From contig CM102286.1 of NCBI GenBank assembly GCA_046563655.1, positions 11,780,001 to 11,844,000 of the forward strand: a stretch of 64,000 nt of DNA, in the 5' to 3' direction. Under the pieces are notes generated by a model. That model was not told where the DNA came from. It searched no databases and saw nothing but the letters and a program-made list of their open reading frames with translations. Of this stretch, positions 51,501-64,000 are shown one piece after another; position 1 is the stretch's first letter; the number at the start of each line of letters is the position of its first letter. The stretch comes from Yuukianura sp. NJ FZ-2021 (taxonomy: Eukaryota). The position numbers were made by a program, and so were the translations under genes.

Positions 51501-54500
51501 GAGAATATGAAATACTGTGCTTATCATTTTTATCATTTTGAAGTAGGAGTTTTATTAGGTAGCAACTTCACAAAAACTAAACATGATTCTTCCATTTCTA
51601 AATGAATCAAATACCGAAAAATTGAGGAAAATTATATTTACTTTTCATAAGAAAACAAGAATTTCCTTGCAAATAAACCAAACATCAATCTTCATTTTCT
51701 TACATTTCCGCTCCAACATTGTTTTCAAAATCTCCTAAATCTAATCACTTTGTCTAATCATTAACCAAACCAAAAAGTATTTTCAAAAAGCTGCCAGCTA
51801 CAACACGACTTTCTTTCCAAAAATTTTCTCAGAAAATTTTGTAGTAAACGTAATAAGAAGAAGCAAAAAATCCAAAGTTATGTTAAGTTAAAGGTTAGTT
51901 AAGATTAGATTAGACCTTTGCAAGCAAAAAAAAACAGTTTGAATTTTTTCAAAAACTTCCGCAATGAAAATCACTCAACCAGAAAACTCCGTAATTTCGA
52001 ATTTCTCCCATTTCAAAATGCATCAAAAATGTCAATTCTGGCGAATTTTTGTTAAGTTTATTAGGCAAAAGCAGATATAAATTTAGGTCAGTCACGCGGC
52101 GGAAAGTTTTTATTCTAATAAAAATATGAAAGCAGCTACTAAAGTTATTACATTCACCAAACCACAACTCCAAGTCAATTAGATCTTTAAATAATGTTAG
52201 CAATGCACTACCACTCTTTTAAAAGTATATGTTAGGTTTCAAAAAAGTATCACAGTACATGCATTCTATCGACATTTTAGCTTACAAAAACTAAATGTAA
52301 AGTGTCCTTAGAGTCACTAGACAGTAAAGAGCTGACACCAGAAGAACTTTTATAGATCAAAGAGAAAGTATGGACGAGCGAGAAAGTTGAAAGGATTCTG
52401 CATCTCTAAAAAGGGGTTAATACAATGACTGTGGGAATAATAATTTAATTTCATTAGTAAGACTAAGACTAGAGACAGACTAAAAGACATAGGCGAAAAG
52501 AAAGTTCCAAGGAATCTAGCCCAAGTAAACTACTCAAGTCACACTAAATTTCAAGTCTAAGGGCACTTCTACAAAAGTGACTTCGTTCCAGAACAAAAGC
52601 CATGGAGTCAGCAAACCCACACCAGAACTTAAAATGGCCGACATTATTTTTTCAAAAATACCGCCAACCAAGGGAATACAAAATCTTGTTTTTCTTATAG
52701 CAGAGAAGGCAGGAGTTTTTGAATCAGCCAGCAGCAGGAGCAGGATGAGTTTAAGAAGAATTGCATTAGGCGTGGGCCAAATCTCACTAAGCAACCCGAG
52801 ACCATTTCAAAATTTCCTTCAGTTTCTGAAGGATTTTTCGTCTCTGAGTTACCAAATGAGATTAGTCCAAGCAACTAATATATTTTTTAGTAATTCAGCT
52901 TTTTAGAAAACAGTTTTAGAAAAACGACACAGCCGACACACTCGAGAGCCGTTGACCTCTGGTCTTATGAAAAGCAACTTTTTTTTTAATTTTTCCGCTA
53001 AACGTCTTGATTGTCTGACCCCAACGAAGCGACTGACTTTCACCAAACTTAAATTGTCTATAAATAGGTATTTAGAACTTGGCTCCGGCGGAAAGTTCTT
53101 TCCAGCCCCAAAATCCCTGGAAATTTTCAAAACCCAGAAATTTTGAGTCGTCACTTTGACAGGTTATAGTTATTGAGCCAATGGAGGAGTATCGATGATA
53201 CCCCCTTGAAAAAGGGAACCTATTGACAAGTCCAACAGTCCAATGTTCAAACCATGCGCGTCCCCCTTGTCCGCAATCATTTAAAAATTACAATTTCATT
53301 TTCCCCGCAAAAAGTGGCCAAAATTCTCTACTTCCCCTGGAACAAAGGTATTAGTTGTGCATAGTAAATTATTCCAAAGTGGAAGGAAAACTATCCACAA
53401 AGGTCTTCAAATATTTACGTCTATCTCTCTCCTGTGTCTCTCTCTCTCCGCAAACCCGGGCTTTTTGGTTTAAACGCCCCGAAATTCAGGTTAGGTGGAA
53501 AGACCTTTAAATGGACTTTGACAGGGAGCGTGAATCTTTAATTCTAAACCATCACCACCACTTTCGCCACCTTAAAACAAACATCATCCCTAACATTCTG
53601 GAACTTAAAAAATGTGTAAGCGCATAAGCTGCTGGAATATAGTTCAAATGTTATGTTCTCAACTCAAGAACTTCCGATTTACACAAAACCTCCAAAATTC
53701 AACATACTTAGCACTTCTGTCTGGGAAAGCAAAACAGAGGATATAGAGCCAATTGAGATCAAACCTCAAGATAAGTATACTTGAGATTGACAACTTTCTG
53801 CCACTTTGTATATTCAGAGCTACTTTTCACGGTTCCTCGAAAGATACAGCGCAACCCATTTTTCAAAAGAAATAAAAAATGATGGGAAAAAAGAAAAAGG
53901 AAAAAGAATCTTCCACTTTCTCCTAACTTTTAAAAAGAAAAAAACTCGTCCAAGCGTAGACCAATTGTTTACAAAAGCAGCTAAAAAAAGGAGAAAAAGC
54001 ACAACAGACAACAGAAATATAAAAATTCACTCTCAAAATTTTTCAAATGAGACAGGGCGAAACTAGTTTGCCTGGGAGAAAGCAAAGAAAGCATGCTAGA
54101 AAACGGAGAATTCCTACTGAAAAATGATAAATTATACTTCCAAAACAAGGAAAGTGGAGATATTTCAAACAGATTATGTGGTAGCATAGCCTCTCGGTTT
54201 TCTCCTTAGCAAGTCAAGTTCTTATTACGTCCATTTTACTAACTCAGGAAGGAACTTTTAGCAGAAGAAATTGCAAAAGAGAAAGCAAACAAACGGAAAG
54301 ATTGGTAGGCAAATAAGTTGATGACTTTAGTTGGTTTGTTGTTTTTGCTAAGGTTCGTAAAAGAGTTCAAACTGCGGAGAAACTTAACTCTGCGGCCTTC
54401 TGTTAAGAACATTTGACCAAAAACTATTATTTCTCTTTCTTCCTCTGCTCCTCTTAAAAGGCTATCCCCACAGACTACAGATTAACTTTCTCTTTTCAAA

Positions 54501-57500
54501 CTTCATCCTAACGGGTTAGTAGCCAGTGAGAGGACTAACAAAAGAGAAAACGGAGAAATACAGCAAATCTTGGCAAATAATAACAGTAAATAGACTAAGC
54601 TTACAGGGTTTAACCACAGACTCAAAAGTTACAAAAAAGCTCTTAAAAACTTATGAAACCAGCCAATCTTCACAGCAAATAAAAAAAAACTTTCTAAACT
54701 CAAAATTTCAAAAATAAAATATAATCGTATAACTTTGCAACTGAATGAGGCACAGGATATTTGGTTGTGCCATACCAGAAAGTAACTTGGGTGTCAACCA
54801 CGTCAAAATTTGCCCAAATTACCAACTGATATTTCTCAACCAAACACATGCAATGGATCACAAGCTAAATTAACTTAAAAGTTAAAACTTAAAAAACTAA
54901 AAACAATCACATCTTTGCAAACAATCAAAATCTTAAAACAAAATAAATATAAATCAAAAACATAAAATATTATTTTGAAAACTCAATGTAAATCAGAAAA
55001 TTTTGATAAACTTTTGTGTTGAAAAACTGCTCTTTTACCGCAATTTGCATAAATTGTCTTTTTAAAAAGTTGAAAACAGGAAAAACAACAGAAAAAAACA
55101 GAGCCGAAGAAACTAATCCTGCTCAAAATCGCTTGATCCCAGTGCGAGTATTAGTACAGCCAAAATCACCCGAAAAAAAACTTTTTGTAGTTTCGAGTTT
55201 CTCAAGGAGCTTTTCCACAAGCTTCTCAAAGTTACTTCAGTTCCATTTATGCGGTAGCTTAAATTTCAAATCTTTTACTAATACTCTGCTCCGTTCAGGA
55301 AGGCACTGAAGCCTCTTCCAGTTCCGGTAAGCAAAGCAAAGCTTAAAAAAAGTTATACGTACCTTGAGCTTTGAGGCTGAGGATAGATTTTGTCTTGTCT
55401 TCAATCTGTGCATTCAGTTGATGAGCAGCATCCAGTCCTGATTTGGCTCTTTCCAGCAGCATCCTCTCCTTTTCTAATTCCTTTCCCAGCACCTCATTCT
55501 TCTGCTCTAATTGCCTCATTTCAAGTCCAAGTCGCTTCTCAACGCTCCTAACCTCCAAGTCTTTTTCTGGAAAAAAAGAAAAAACGGAAAACCAATTTGA
55601 GCCAGAAGTTCATTCCTTCGTTTCCAACTGCCAGCCAACTCTCTTTCGAGAGACGAAAAGTTCTGGCTGCCATATTTGGCTTCTTAAGCCTCGCATCTCT
55701 CACTCCCTTTCTCCTGCCAGGTAACGGGAAAAGAGAAAACTTTGGTTTAATTAGATCCACAAGTACAGGTAAAGGCGAGGTCGTTCCACTTTCCACTTTC
55801 TCCGCCATTTCCAAACTTACTTTTCAAACTCATTCTAGAAAGAAACCTGTCTTAATTTATGCCTTCATTTAGTTTGGGAAAACAAAGCAGAAGGTTTGCA
55901 GAGAAAGTCGGCACTCCAAAACCCACAGCACACCCTGTACTTATGAAAAACTAAAAAGAGAAAAGACTCACCTCTCTGAAACTGCTCCAAAACAAAATGA
56001 AGATTTTGTAACTGTGCATTTAGTTTTGAAACCTGATCTTCTAGGTTGGAATTAGCGTTACGATATGAGTTTCGTTCTTGACTTAACTTTGTAATTTCTT
56101 CTCGAACATCCAGACTCGGTTCACTGAAAAGCAAAATAACACAAACATATGTCAAAATTGGAACCAAAAACAAACTCAAATGCGAGATACAGTGTAAGAT
56201 TAATCTAGATTTTGAAATCTACTCTGTAGAACTAAGCCTTCGAAATTCGATTTATTTCAAAAAAGAACCTCAAAAGCCCAATTTCGATTTCATTTTGGAA
56301 ACAAGTAAAACTCAAATTCATTTTGCATCTCAAAAGACCAGGAATTAGTTACGGCCATTTCTGCATGTAAAAGTGAACTTTCTCCTAGCATTCTAAAAAG
56401 TCTACAGACTGGTACTACAACATTATTAAAATACCAGCAACCCGAAAATTGGCTTTACACAACCGACCGGGTAAATAAGACAACATTCTCCGCTTCCTTT
56501 CTCTCTCGTTTTTTAAAAAAGGTCATCACTTAAATTATTAAAGTATAATAACAGAGAGAGAAAGCGGAGAATAATAATCGAGTCTTCTCTATTATGCATC
56601 AGAGACCCGCCTTTACAATGTTCGTCTAATCCCAAGGACTTTTTCCTAACATCAATTTCTCTCCCGTGTGTCCCCTTCCTTTGCCATTGGTCGAAAATCG
56701 ATCTGAACTCCTCTTTATAAAGAAGGTGGAGTGGAAGAAAGCTTTTTGTTTTAACAGTTTCCACTCGTTCCCCTTCAGTTTTCCAAATTATCTATTCAGA
56801 AGTCATTGCCTCACTCTTAGCTTTCTCCTCGAGCATGCAAAATCAATCAATAACACCCCTATTTTCAAGAGGGTTCTCAGCTCTGCTGTCCTTTCCTCCC
56901 TAGACTCAACTTATCATCCAGTCCATGTCACTTCTGGACGGTAACATTTTGACCAGTATCTCCCGAACGGACATTGGTAGATCGCACTCTCATGGAACAG
57001 CAACTCAAAGTAGCTGAAATGCACCAATCGCTGTCCACAGAGTACGATCCACAACTATCGTCCAGAAAATACTGCCGGTAAATAAATGTCCGTCCAGAAA
57101 CTCCAAGTTCCGAACTTAAAGAAGCATCGAGGAGAAAGGACGAGGTGAAAGTTGAGAAGTAGGTTACGCTTATGCCCTCTCTCTTCAAATGCGAACTTTG
57201 GAGGGGAACTGCTGGGAGTCCCTAGGATTTTCGGAGACTCATCACAAGAAAAAAGTAGCTAAACCTCTTCCTGAAAAAAATCAATAGAAATATGGACACG
57301 ACTTCTGTTTTTTTTTCTATCCGAATGACGACAGATAAAATAATAGGAAAGACTGTAAAAACTTTTACTTTTGTTGTAATGTCCGTGAAAGCTCATTTTT
57401 GAGTTGTCTCAGTTGAATCTGAAGTTGTTCTTCTCTCTTGGCACTTAGCAAGGCCTCTCCATTCGTCTGCTCTTCTAAATCAACAAGATGACTTCGAAGG

Positions 57501-58917
57501 CGTCCCAAATCCAACTCCAGCCTTCCAATCCGCACATTTCGTTCCTCCAACTGTCAAATTCATTACAAAAGAATCAAAGTTAGTCAACCGAATGCAGAAG
57601 TTGGGTAGAAAAGCACTCCAAGAGAGAGACGGTTCCATTGTTTTATACATGTCGGAGCAATGAAACCCCTCGTAAACTTTTAGTTCCTCAGTTACGGACT
57701 ATAAAAAAAAATATTTAAACTCTCAGTACTTACTAAATGTACAAACTTTTGTAAAGTTTAAAGTTTAGAACAAACATCACGAAATTAATTAGTTAAAAAC
57801 GGGCAACAGACTGGAAAATTTTGATGTTTACATTAAAAACAAGATTGATTAGATGGTGAGTTCAGATCAATGCTTACTTTTGCCACCAGTTCAGCCTCTG
57901 TTTGCTTCCACTGCTCTGCCTTTTCTTGAAATACTGCCAATTCATTTGCTTGAGATGTTAAAAGGGAAGTGACTCCTGACTCCTTGTCACTCGTCGGCTC
58001 TTCAAGCTCTTCATCTCCGTCCGTTTGGGTTGAGCAGTTTGATGAAATTGTTGTAGTCGCAGGACTTGGTGTTCCTTTTCGTCGCACAAAGTGACTTGTC
58101 CCGCCACTGCCGCCACCGTGACCATAGCCTTCTTCGTAGATCAAGTCTGCAGAGGGTTCTTCGCATCGTGAGGGCTCTTCGTCTCCACGATCCTCCTCCA
58201 GTATTGTTTCCAGACCGAATGAATCAATTTTCGGTGGAAAGAAAGGTTCATTGAAGAGATCGATGATATTCGTTGTATTGGAAGAATGTGGTGATTGACC
58301 GCCAGTTGGAATCACGGAAGGCTGACTAGTGCTACTGGACTGGACATGAGACGGAATACTGAGCTTGGTGACTGTTCTCTCCAGAGTTGACTTCTTTTCA
58401 ACCAAGTCCTTCCATTGGAACGCCAGTTCTCTTAATTTGGAGAGGATCAAGGCGTTTCCATCGGTTGATTGTTGATGACTTGACTTGAAGATTGATTGTC
58501 CATCCAAATTGAAGTCTGAGTGAAGCATTACTGTAACGTCTTCACAGAATTTGGCATTCCGCTCTTCAGCCTGATCAGCCTCCCGCTGAAGATTCATCAA
58601 TTCATTTCTTATGATATAGAGGTCATTTTGATATGAACTGCACCGTTCCTCCAACTCCTATAAAAATGACAGATCATGAAAAACGAAATAAGAAATTTTC
58701 AAATTTTAGTGTAACAATTTTGAAACTTTTAAAAGTTTACCTTGACGAACAGTTGATCATCATGCGTCTGGCTCTCCGTTTCGGTTTCGGTGGCTTCATC
58801 TTTCGTTTGAAGCGGACCCCGCTTTTCTTCAAACTCCAATAAATTATTTGACTCTCTCCTTCTTTCTTCAGCGTCTCCAGTTTCATCTTGCCTTTCAACT
58901 TCAGTTTTAGTTTCATT
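45553..58917 (-). CDS. Gmap: Golgin GMAP-210/TRIP11 (Gmap), 3' portion; 5' exons not identified in the window
   Basis: Exons (minus): 58741-58917, 57878-58657, 57369-57550, 55972-56123, 55363-55566, 49313-49394, 46214-46400, 46039-46134, 45553-45744; phases are consistent. Coiled coil (LQNLHFVLEQFQRE, GLDAAHQLNAQIEDK), GRAB domain (DGKIDRYLIKNLVVGYFSTPDDKRSEVLRLLATVLDFNREDRQKTGL), GA1 motif SLSEAFIQFLEKES, and C-terminal ILKDILNPKP*. Confidence 0.92.
50205..50280 (-). ncRNA. mir-12: pre-miR-12 (mature 5p about 50249-50271, UGAGUAUUAUGUCAGGUACUGGU)
   Basis: Matches insect miR-12 (UGAGUAUUACAUCAGGUACUGGU, from memory) except at two central positions. It pairs with the arm AUCAGUUCCUGUCUAAUGCUUC and lies in a Gmap intron on the host strand. 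Confidence 0.93.
52773..52869 (-). ncRNA. mir-3477: pre-miR-3477 / miR-304 (miR-216 family; mature 5p about 52843-52864, UAAUCUCAUUUGGUAACUCAGA)
   Basis: Seed AAUCUCA of the miR-216/304/3477 family. It pairs with UCUCGGGUUGCUUAGUGAGAUUUGG and lies between miR-283 and miR-12, as in the known cluster order. Confidence 0.88.
54758..54846 (-). ncRNA. mir-283: pre-miR-283 (mature 5p about 54813-54834, AAAUAUCAGUUGGUAAUUUGGG)
   Basis: Close to insect miR-283 (AAAUAUCAGCUGGUAAUUCUGG, from memory). Forms a hairpin with the arm CCCAAGUUACUUUCUGGUAU and a basal stem UGUUUGGUUG/CAACCAAAUA. Confidence 0.92.
56932..57099 (-). ncRNA. Long imperfect RNA hairpin in a Gmap intron (unassigned)
   Basis: The minus strand folds into roughly 60 bp of stem: UUCUGGACGG/CCGUCCAGAA, ACAUUU/AAAUGU, CAGUAUUUUCUGGACG/CGUUCGGGAGAUACUG, GUGGAUCGUACUCU/AGAGUGCGAUCUAC and GUGGACAGCGAUU/AGUUGCUGUUCCAU, with a ~20 nt loop. 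Confidence 0.55.
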
Positions 58918-61900
58918 CTGTTCAAAAAACAAATCAACCATTAGAAAAGCTGAAAAGCATCAACTAAATTCGAGACGCTTCAAAACTTCCACCAGTCATG
59001 GAACCAAAATACCAAAAAAAAACAGCCTTTAGTTCAAGACCTCAAATTAACACAATTCGAGTATCATATTGCACAATTGACACTTTAACAAAAACGTTTT
59101 GAAAAGAGAACCTCGTGAATGCAATAATAGCAATTCACCCTTCCTTCAGTCGCTTAAAAAAGCTATCAAATTTAAATTCGAAAATGAACTTATGTGCATA
59201 TAACCGTTAACAGATTTATTAACCTAAACTCATAAAAATTATTATCCCACTCTGTGAGAAGAAGAAAAGACTGCGATGAATAGCCTCATAAACACAAGTG
59301 TCGGTTCCATATTCAACTTTTTAAAAAACTAACAATTGAAAAACGATGACTGGAAAATTCAAAAACGCGTCACATTCCCTCCTACGCTAATAATCCATTG
59401 TTCAAAAAGAATCCAGTTGCAGTCGAAAAATTGCAAATCCATCCGTTTAGTTCAAAATTTCCAAAACTACATGTACATTTCCTGTACATGGAAATTATCA
59501 ATTTAACGACGCGTGCAGAGTTGCAAAAAACCTTAACATTCTGAAATTACTTTTTTAGTGCGCACACTACATCCTCCTCCGTCTCCCATCAAGGGATTTT
59601 GCAATCATAATTTTCGCAAATTACAAGCAAAGCGTCCCTTCACCTTTCAAGTGACTCCGAAAACGGCGTGGGAAAATAACTTGTTCAAAAATTCAGCACA
59701 AATGGGCGTCAATATTGCCAGTACATGAGGTTCTGAGGTTCATGACCTCCTTGACCTTTTTTTAGATTCAAAACACATAAAAACCATATTTCCCGTACTA
59801 TTTTTCTCTGTCATAAATTTTTTTCAAACTCGCCACCCAGAAACCGAAAAAGCAACTAATATTTAGAGTCCTTCTGCTAAATTTGATCCACTTGCCAAAA
59901 ATTAATTTAAACAATAGAGTAATTAAATGCCACAAAACAATTAAACTTAATTTCCACCTCCATGACTTACTAACAACCGCAACCGCTTTTAGGCGGATTC
60001 GTCATCCATTTCAACTCGACATCACTCACTCTTTTCAGTGAGTCATCGCTTACATAAACAATTCACTTCAAATTGAAAACCGACACATCAAACAGCTTCA
60101 TTATTTCTCAAAATTTCAATATTCTATTATTGGTTGTTCCAATTTTCCTACTTTTTCATGCCCAGCCCACCAACCTCAAAAAACAAAACGTAATTCATCT
60201 TTTCGCTCCCAATAGGCTTCGAACCATGCCAAATTTTAAAATGATGGCTGTTGACTCTGTAATTAGCACAACCATCTCAACTTTTAAGAGAAATACTAAA
60301 GCACTAGGTTGAATTTTTTGCTTTTGACGTTTGGACTTACACACTGAAGTGCCATTTTTGGTAAGTTTCAAAATAATTGTCGTCACTCTAAACTCTCTGC
60401 GTGTGACCATTTCAGTTCAAATTCAAACACGGTTTTTACCACAACGACACAGAGAGGTACCAAAGACATAGACTTCAGACAAAGACGCATGCTGGCATAA
60501 TGATTTACCTATAGTACGTTGAGTGGTTCTCAAAATTATGAAGGAGAGACAATACTTCATATTTCTCCCGTGGTAAAAAACATTGTACAAGACTCTGCAT
60601 GTTAAGATTTGTTAATTAAGGCTGACGAGAATAATTCACCACAAGCTCTATAAAACACGGCAAACAACCACTTACGACTCTAAGAAGAACCTCTTCGAAT
60701 TCATTAATTCTCCTTCAACCGAAGCAAGCACAATTCTATACCTTGGAGTTATTGGCAGGTTTTGCCTTTCGTTGAAAAAAGTCACTTTGAGAGACACACG
60801 AGACGGTAAAAGCAAACGTTGAAAGCATTTCTTTAACATGAAAAATTTTATGGACGGTAAACACAAGTCTTACAAGAGCAAAGACGCATCAAAAACCATG
60901 TTTGAAGTCTTCCTAAACTTTTTTTTAGTTCAACTTCCACTCTTTCACGGTCCTTAGAATATGAAAAGTCTTTTTAACAAATCCATATCTCACCTAGGTT
61001 TCATTTTTCTTCCATTTACAAGTTTACTTTATGTCGTAGCCAACAGTGCTCATATTTCCAAAAGATTTCCAAATCGGAAAATTTTCAAATCCTTAGAAAA
61101 ATTTTCGCACAGTCTTTCATTTTCTGCCTCTCAAGAAACCACTTTGTGTTTAACAAAATTTTGACATATACAGAAATTTTTTCCAGAATTACGAAACTTT
61201 GCTGAGCTAATTGAGCATTTCCTTGGACAAATTTCGACTTAAAACATACACAAAATATTTTTAATTTCGGAAATTTTTCTCCTAAAATGAAATTGTGACT
61301 TTAACTTCAGAAACTTCTTTTCTGAAACTAAATTTTGACTTTCTCCCTAAAGAAACCCAGCAAGAAAAAGCAGAGAAACGCGGAATTGAACTTTCCGCTT
61401 GAACCAACGTCTAAAGTACAATTTTCAGGTTAGGTTAACCGGGAAAGCACACAAAACCGCTTTCACTTGTCCTCTACAGCCACCTCCACCGCGGCGGCGA
61501 GACAGATGACGGGCATTGACCGTAACATGAAATCCACTAGGAAATAATAGCTTATTTATTATTTGCACCTGTCTCAAGCCCAGCCAGAACAAGCACCAAC
61601 ATTTAACTCCAACCACCGCCGCCTCCTGTTTCACTTAAATTTGAAACAGTGGTGCTGTCATGTCAGGCTCCTCAACCGCATGCGCAAACCACTCCGTTCG
61701 TCAACCCTGAGTCACTCCACTCCATTAACTCACCTCGAGAGACCTCCAGGAACCATTGTAAAGTCTAAACTAAACCAAAATTAAAATCACCATTAGAATA
61801 TTCATGAGCACCACTTTCCATCACATCAACTTAACAATAGGACCTCTCAAGTTAGTATAGTACCAAAGTACAACACAGAATTCCCGTTCCATTTTAAACC

Positions 61901-64000
61901 ACCACCGTCTCTTTTCCCCTATCCATTTCAATTTCAAAATTTTCAAAAGACCATGACTGCCTGCCACGCCGGACTCCAAATTCTCCACAGTCGGCACCAA
62001 ACGAACCAACCTAAAAAAGTACAGCGCCACCAACTACTTAAATCGAAATTTCAAAACGATTTTTGGTCTTCCTCAATCATTATTCCACCTCACAAAAATT
62101 CCAGTCAACGGAAGAACGTGCTTATCCATATTAAACTCTTGTCAAAAAGGAACAAACGCCAGGGGTGGAACACCTTAAAACTTTATTCTCTCCCGGAAAA
62201 AAGAACAGCGTCATGCTAAAGTCTAATGTCAACAAAATAAGGCTTTTATTCCCATCCTGCCTGTTGGCTTCAGGGAGAATTTGAGAAGTGTACAGGTAGA
62301 ATAGAAAAAGAACAAAATGGCTACACCATTACTAAACAGCATAAATACACAAGGGGCAACAAGAGGGAAATGACTCGGAGACTTCTGTAAAACTTCGCAT
62401 TTTAATAATTCACACCACAAATGGAATGCCTACAACCATACTAATTTCCTTGAAAAAAATATCTTAACCTTGCTGTATGCAGCGCTTTAAATTCATTGGC
62501 AACCTAAGATAGACATTTTTACAATTTTCGCCTACGCCTGAGCATCTTAAAAAAATTAAGAAGGAAAATTTTTATTCTGCAAAGCATTTCGGGAAAAGAA
62601 GATTTTGCCCAAAAACGTTCGAAAATTGTTTGAAACTTTCAAAATGTGAAATGGACAACCAAATTTTAAAGCAATTTAAAAAAAAAATTTCGTAATTTTA
62701 TACTACGTTGGACACTTAGGTTAGAAAGGGTTAGGTCCAGAAAAAAAAATTCTGATTTCCCGTATGTTAAGCAACTTCAAAAAAAATGGGACGCACGAAA
62801 TATTTTTTTCAACTTTCATGTAGAAAAAAAATAGTGGGAGGGAGTTTTTTTTTAGGCTGCTTTAATTCTAAATTTCTTTTTCTCTTTCTTTTTCTACACT
62901 CCGTATTTTAAGAAAGTGAAATTTTTAAAAGTTTGGACGAATTTTTTTGTCAACATTTATTTCCACAACATATACCTTAATTGGATTAGTTTTAAAATGC
63001 ACAAAAGCCTAAAATGGTTCCCACATTTTGAAAAGCTCCAAAATGAACTAAAGATACCAACTTTCACCAATTCCCTCACACTATTCGTACTTTCTCCGAT
63101 TCAACGCACCTACATACGCCTTCCAGTTGTTCCTCCATGCATCACTGCGCATTCTCCCCCAAAATCCCTGAATATTTCAGTAACAACATAACACACCTCC
63201 TTTGACAAATTCTAAACGCCCCATTGCCCAAAAATTTCTCAACTCAAAAATTAGCCAACAAACATTCCCACATTCAGCGGAAATTCTCAAACCAAACTCT
63301 CCACACTTTCTGTGTAAAAAATTGTAAAGAAAGTTACCAAATTCCAATTCTGCGCTTCTTGTACTTCCTTACTGCAAACAGGACGTAATTCAGGTAACTT
63401 CTGTACTACCTAAAAACTGGACTTCTAGCTAACGTTAGGCGTAGTTTTCGAGTTTTCCTTCAGCCAAAGTCTTGTCTGTCGGTGAGCTTGACATGCTAAG
63501 AGCTCACTAAACTTTCATGTGACAAGCCGAATTGTGTCTGAAGACACAGCACTACGAAAACGAAGCCCACCCTCTCCTCCTGTCATTGTGTCTTAAGTCC
63601 CATCTCATTACCATTATATCAAATGGATTGCATGCTCAAGATATTTCAATTGGCCCTTACGGATCTTAAGGGAGAAAGTAAGGGGATGAGATAGTGGTCT
63701 AAAAAGTTAAGAAAGACAAGGAGCATCATCATCGATTGTCAATCAATCATTTATTGACTTCACCCTTGGCAACGACCAAACTCACAACAAACTGCACAGT
63801 CCACGAATACCCCAAGCAAGTCCCACTGGCCCCCACCTTCCATGTCACTCTAACAGATACAAATGCCCGGTTCTTTCCAATTTCACCACGCAAAGATAAC
63901 CGGACAAACCTAGCCTACTACTCCTCACAAACATGAGACAGAAGAAAGACATCCTTGCGTAAATTTACATCACTCACGAACTGGCTCATATAAAGCACTT

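Noticed and set aside
53751..53792. Extra miR-216-family hairpin (AAUCUCA seed on the minus strand)
   Set aside because: The stem is only ~12 bp with no basal pairing, too short for a pre-miRNA.
58737..58937. Basic reading MKLKLKLKGK... (possibly with a micro-exon at 61734-61764) as the Gmap frame
   Set aside because: That frame hits a stop shortly after splicing into the 58657 exon. The acidic phase-0 frame NETKTEVERQ...QLFVK is continuous with the downstream CDS.
59000..64000. Short ORFs in the last 5 kb
   Set aside because: A-rich plus strand consistent with a long Gmap intron. No convincing exon or domain was recognised.
1..64000. tRNA, rRNA, CRISPR arrays, prokaryotic operons
   Set aside because: None seen; the window is spliced eukaryotic DNA.

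Overview
AT-rich, intron-containing eukaryotic DNA from an arthropod, probably a pancrustacean or hexapod. This is inferred from the proteins, the short 60-130 nt GT-AG introns and the miRNA content; the species cannot be fixed from sequence alone. Gene order: EAPP (+), AHSA1/Aha1 (-) with an upstream heat-shock element, a ~760 bp long-TIR non-autonomous DNA transposon, CoREST/RCOR (+), Vps39/Vam6 (-), a complete beta-spectrin (+), a tandem array of palindromic ~310 bp units, and an N-acylated globin-X-like gene (+) whose second intron holds an antisense centromeric histone (CenH3/CENP-A) gene. The window ends with the 3' part of the golgin Gmap/GMAP-210/TRIP11 (-), whose large intron hosts the miR-283 / miR-3477(miR-304/216 family) / miR-12 cluster. 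Main observations: (1) CenH3 nested inside a membrane-anchored globin gene; (2) a ~170 nt, extensively paired hairpin in another Gmap intron that I do not recognise (candidate new miRNA, hpRNA or editing substrate); (3) candidate alternative N- and C-terminal exons of beta-spectrin, including a PH-less isoform exon, plus a UGCAUG-rich block of cassette exons. Exon boundaries were read by eye; no database searches or folding programs were run.
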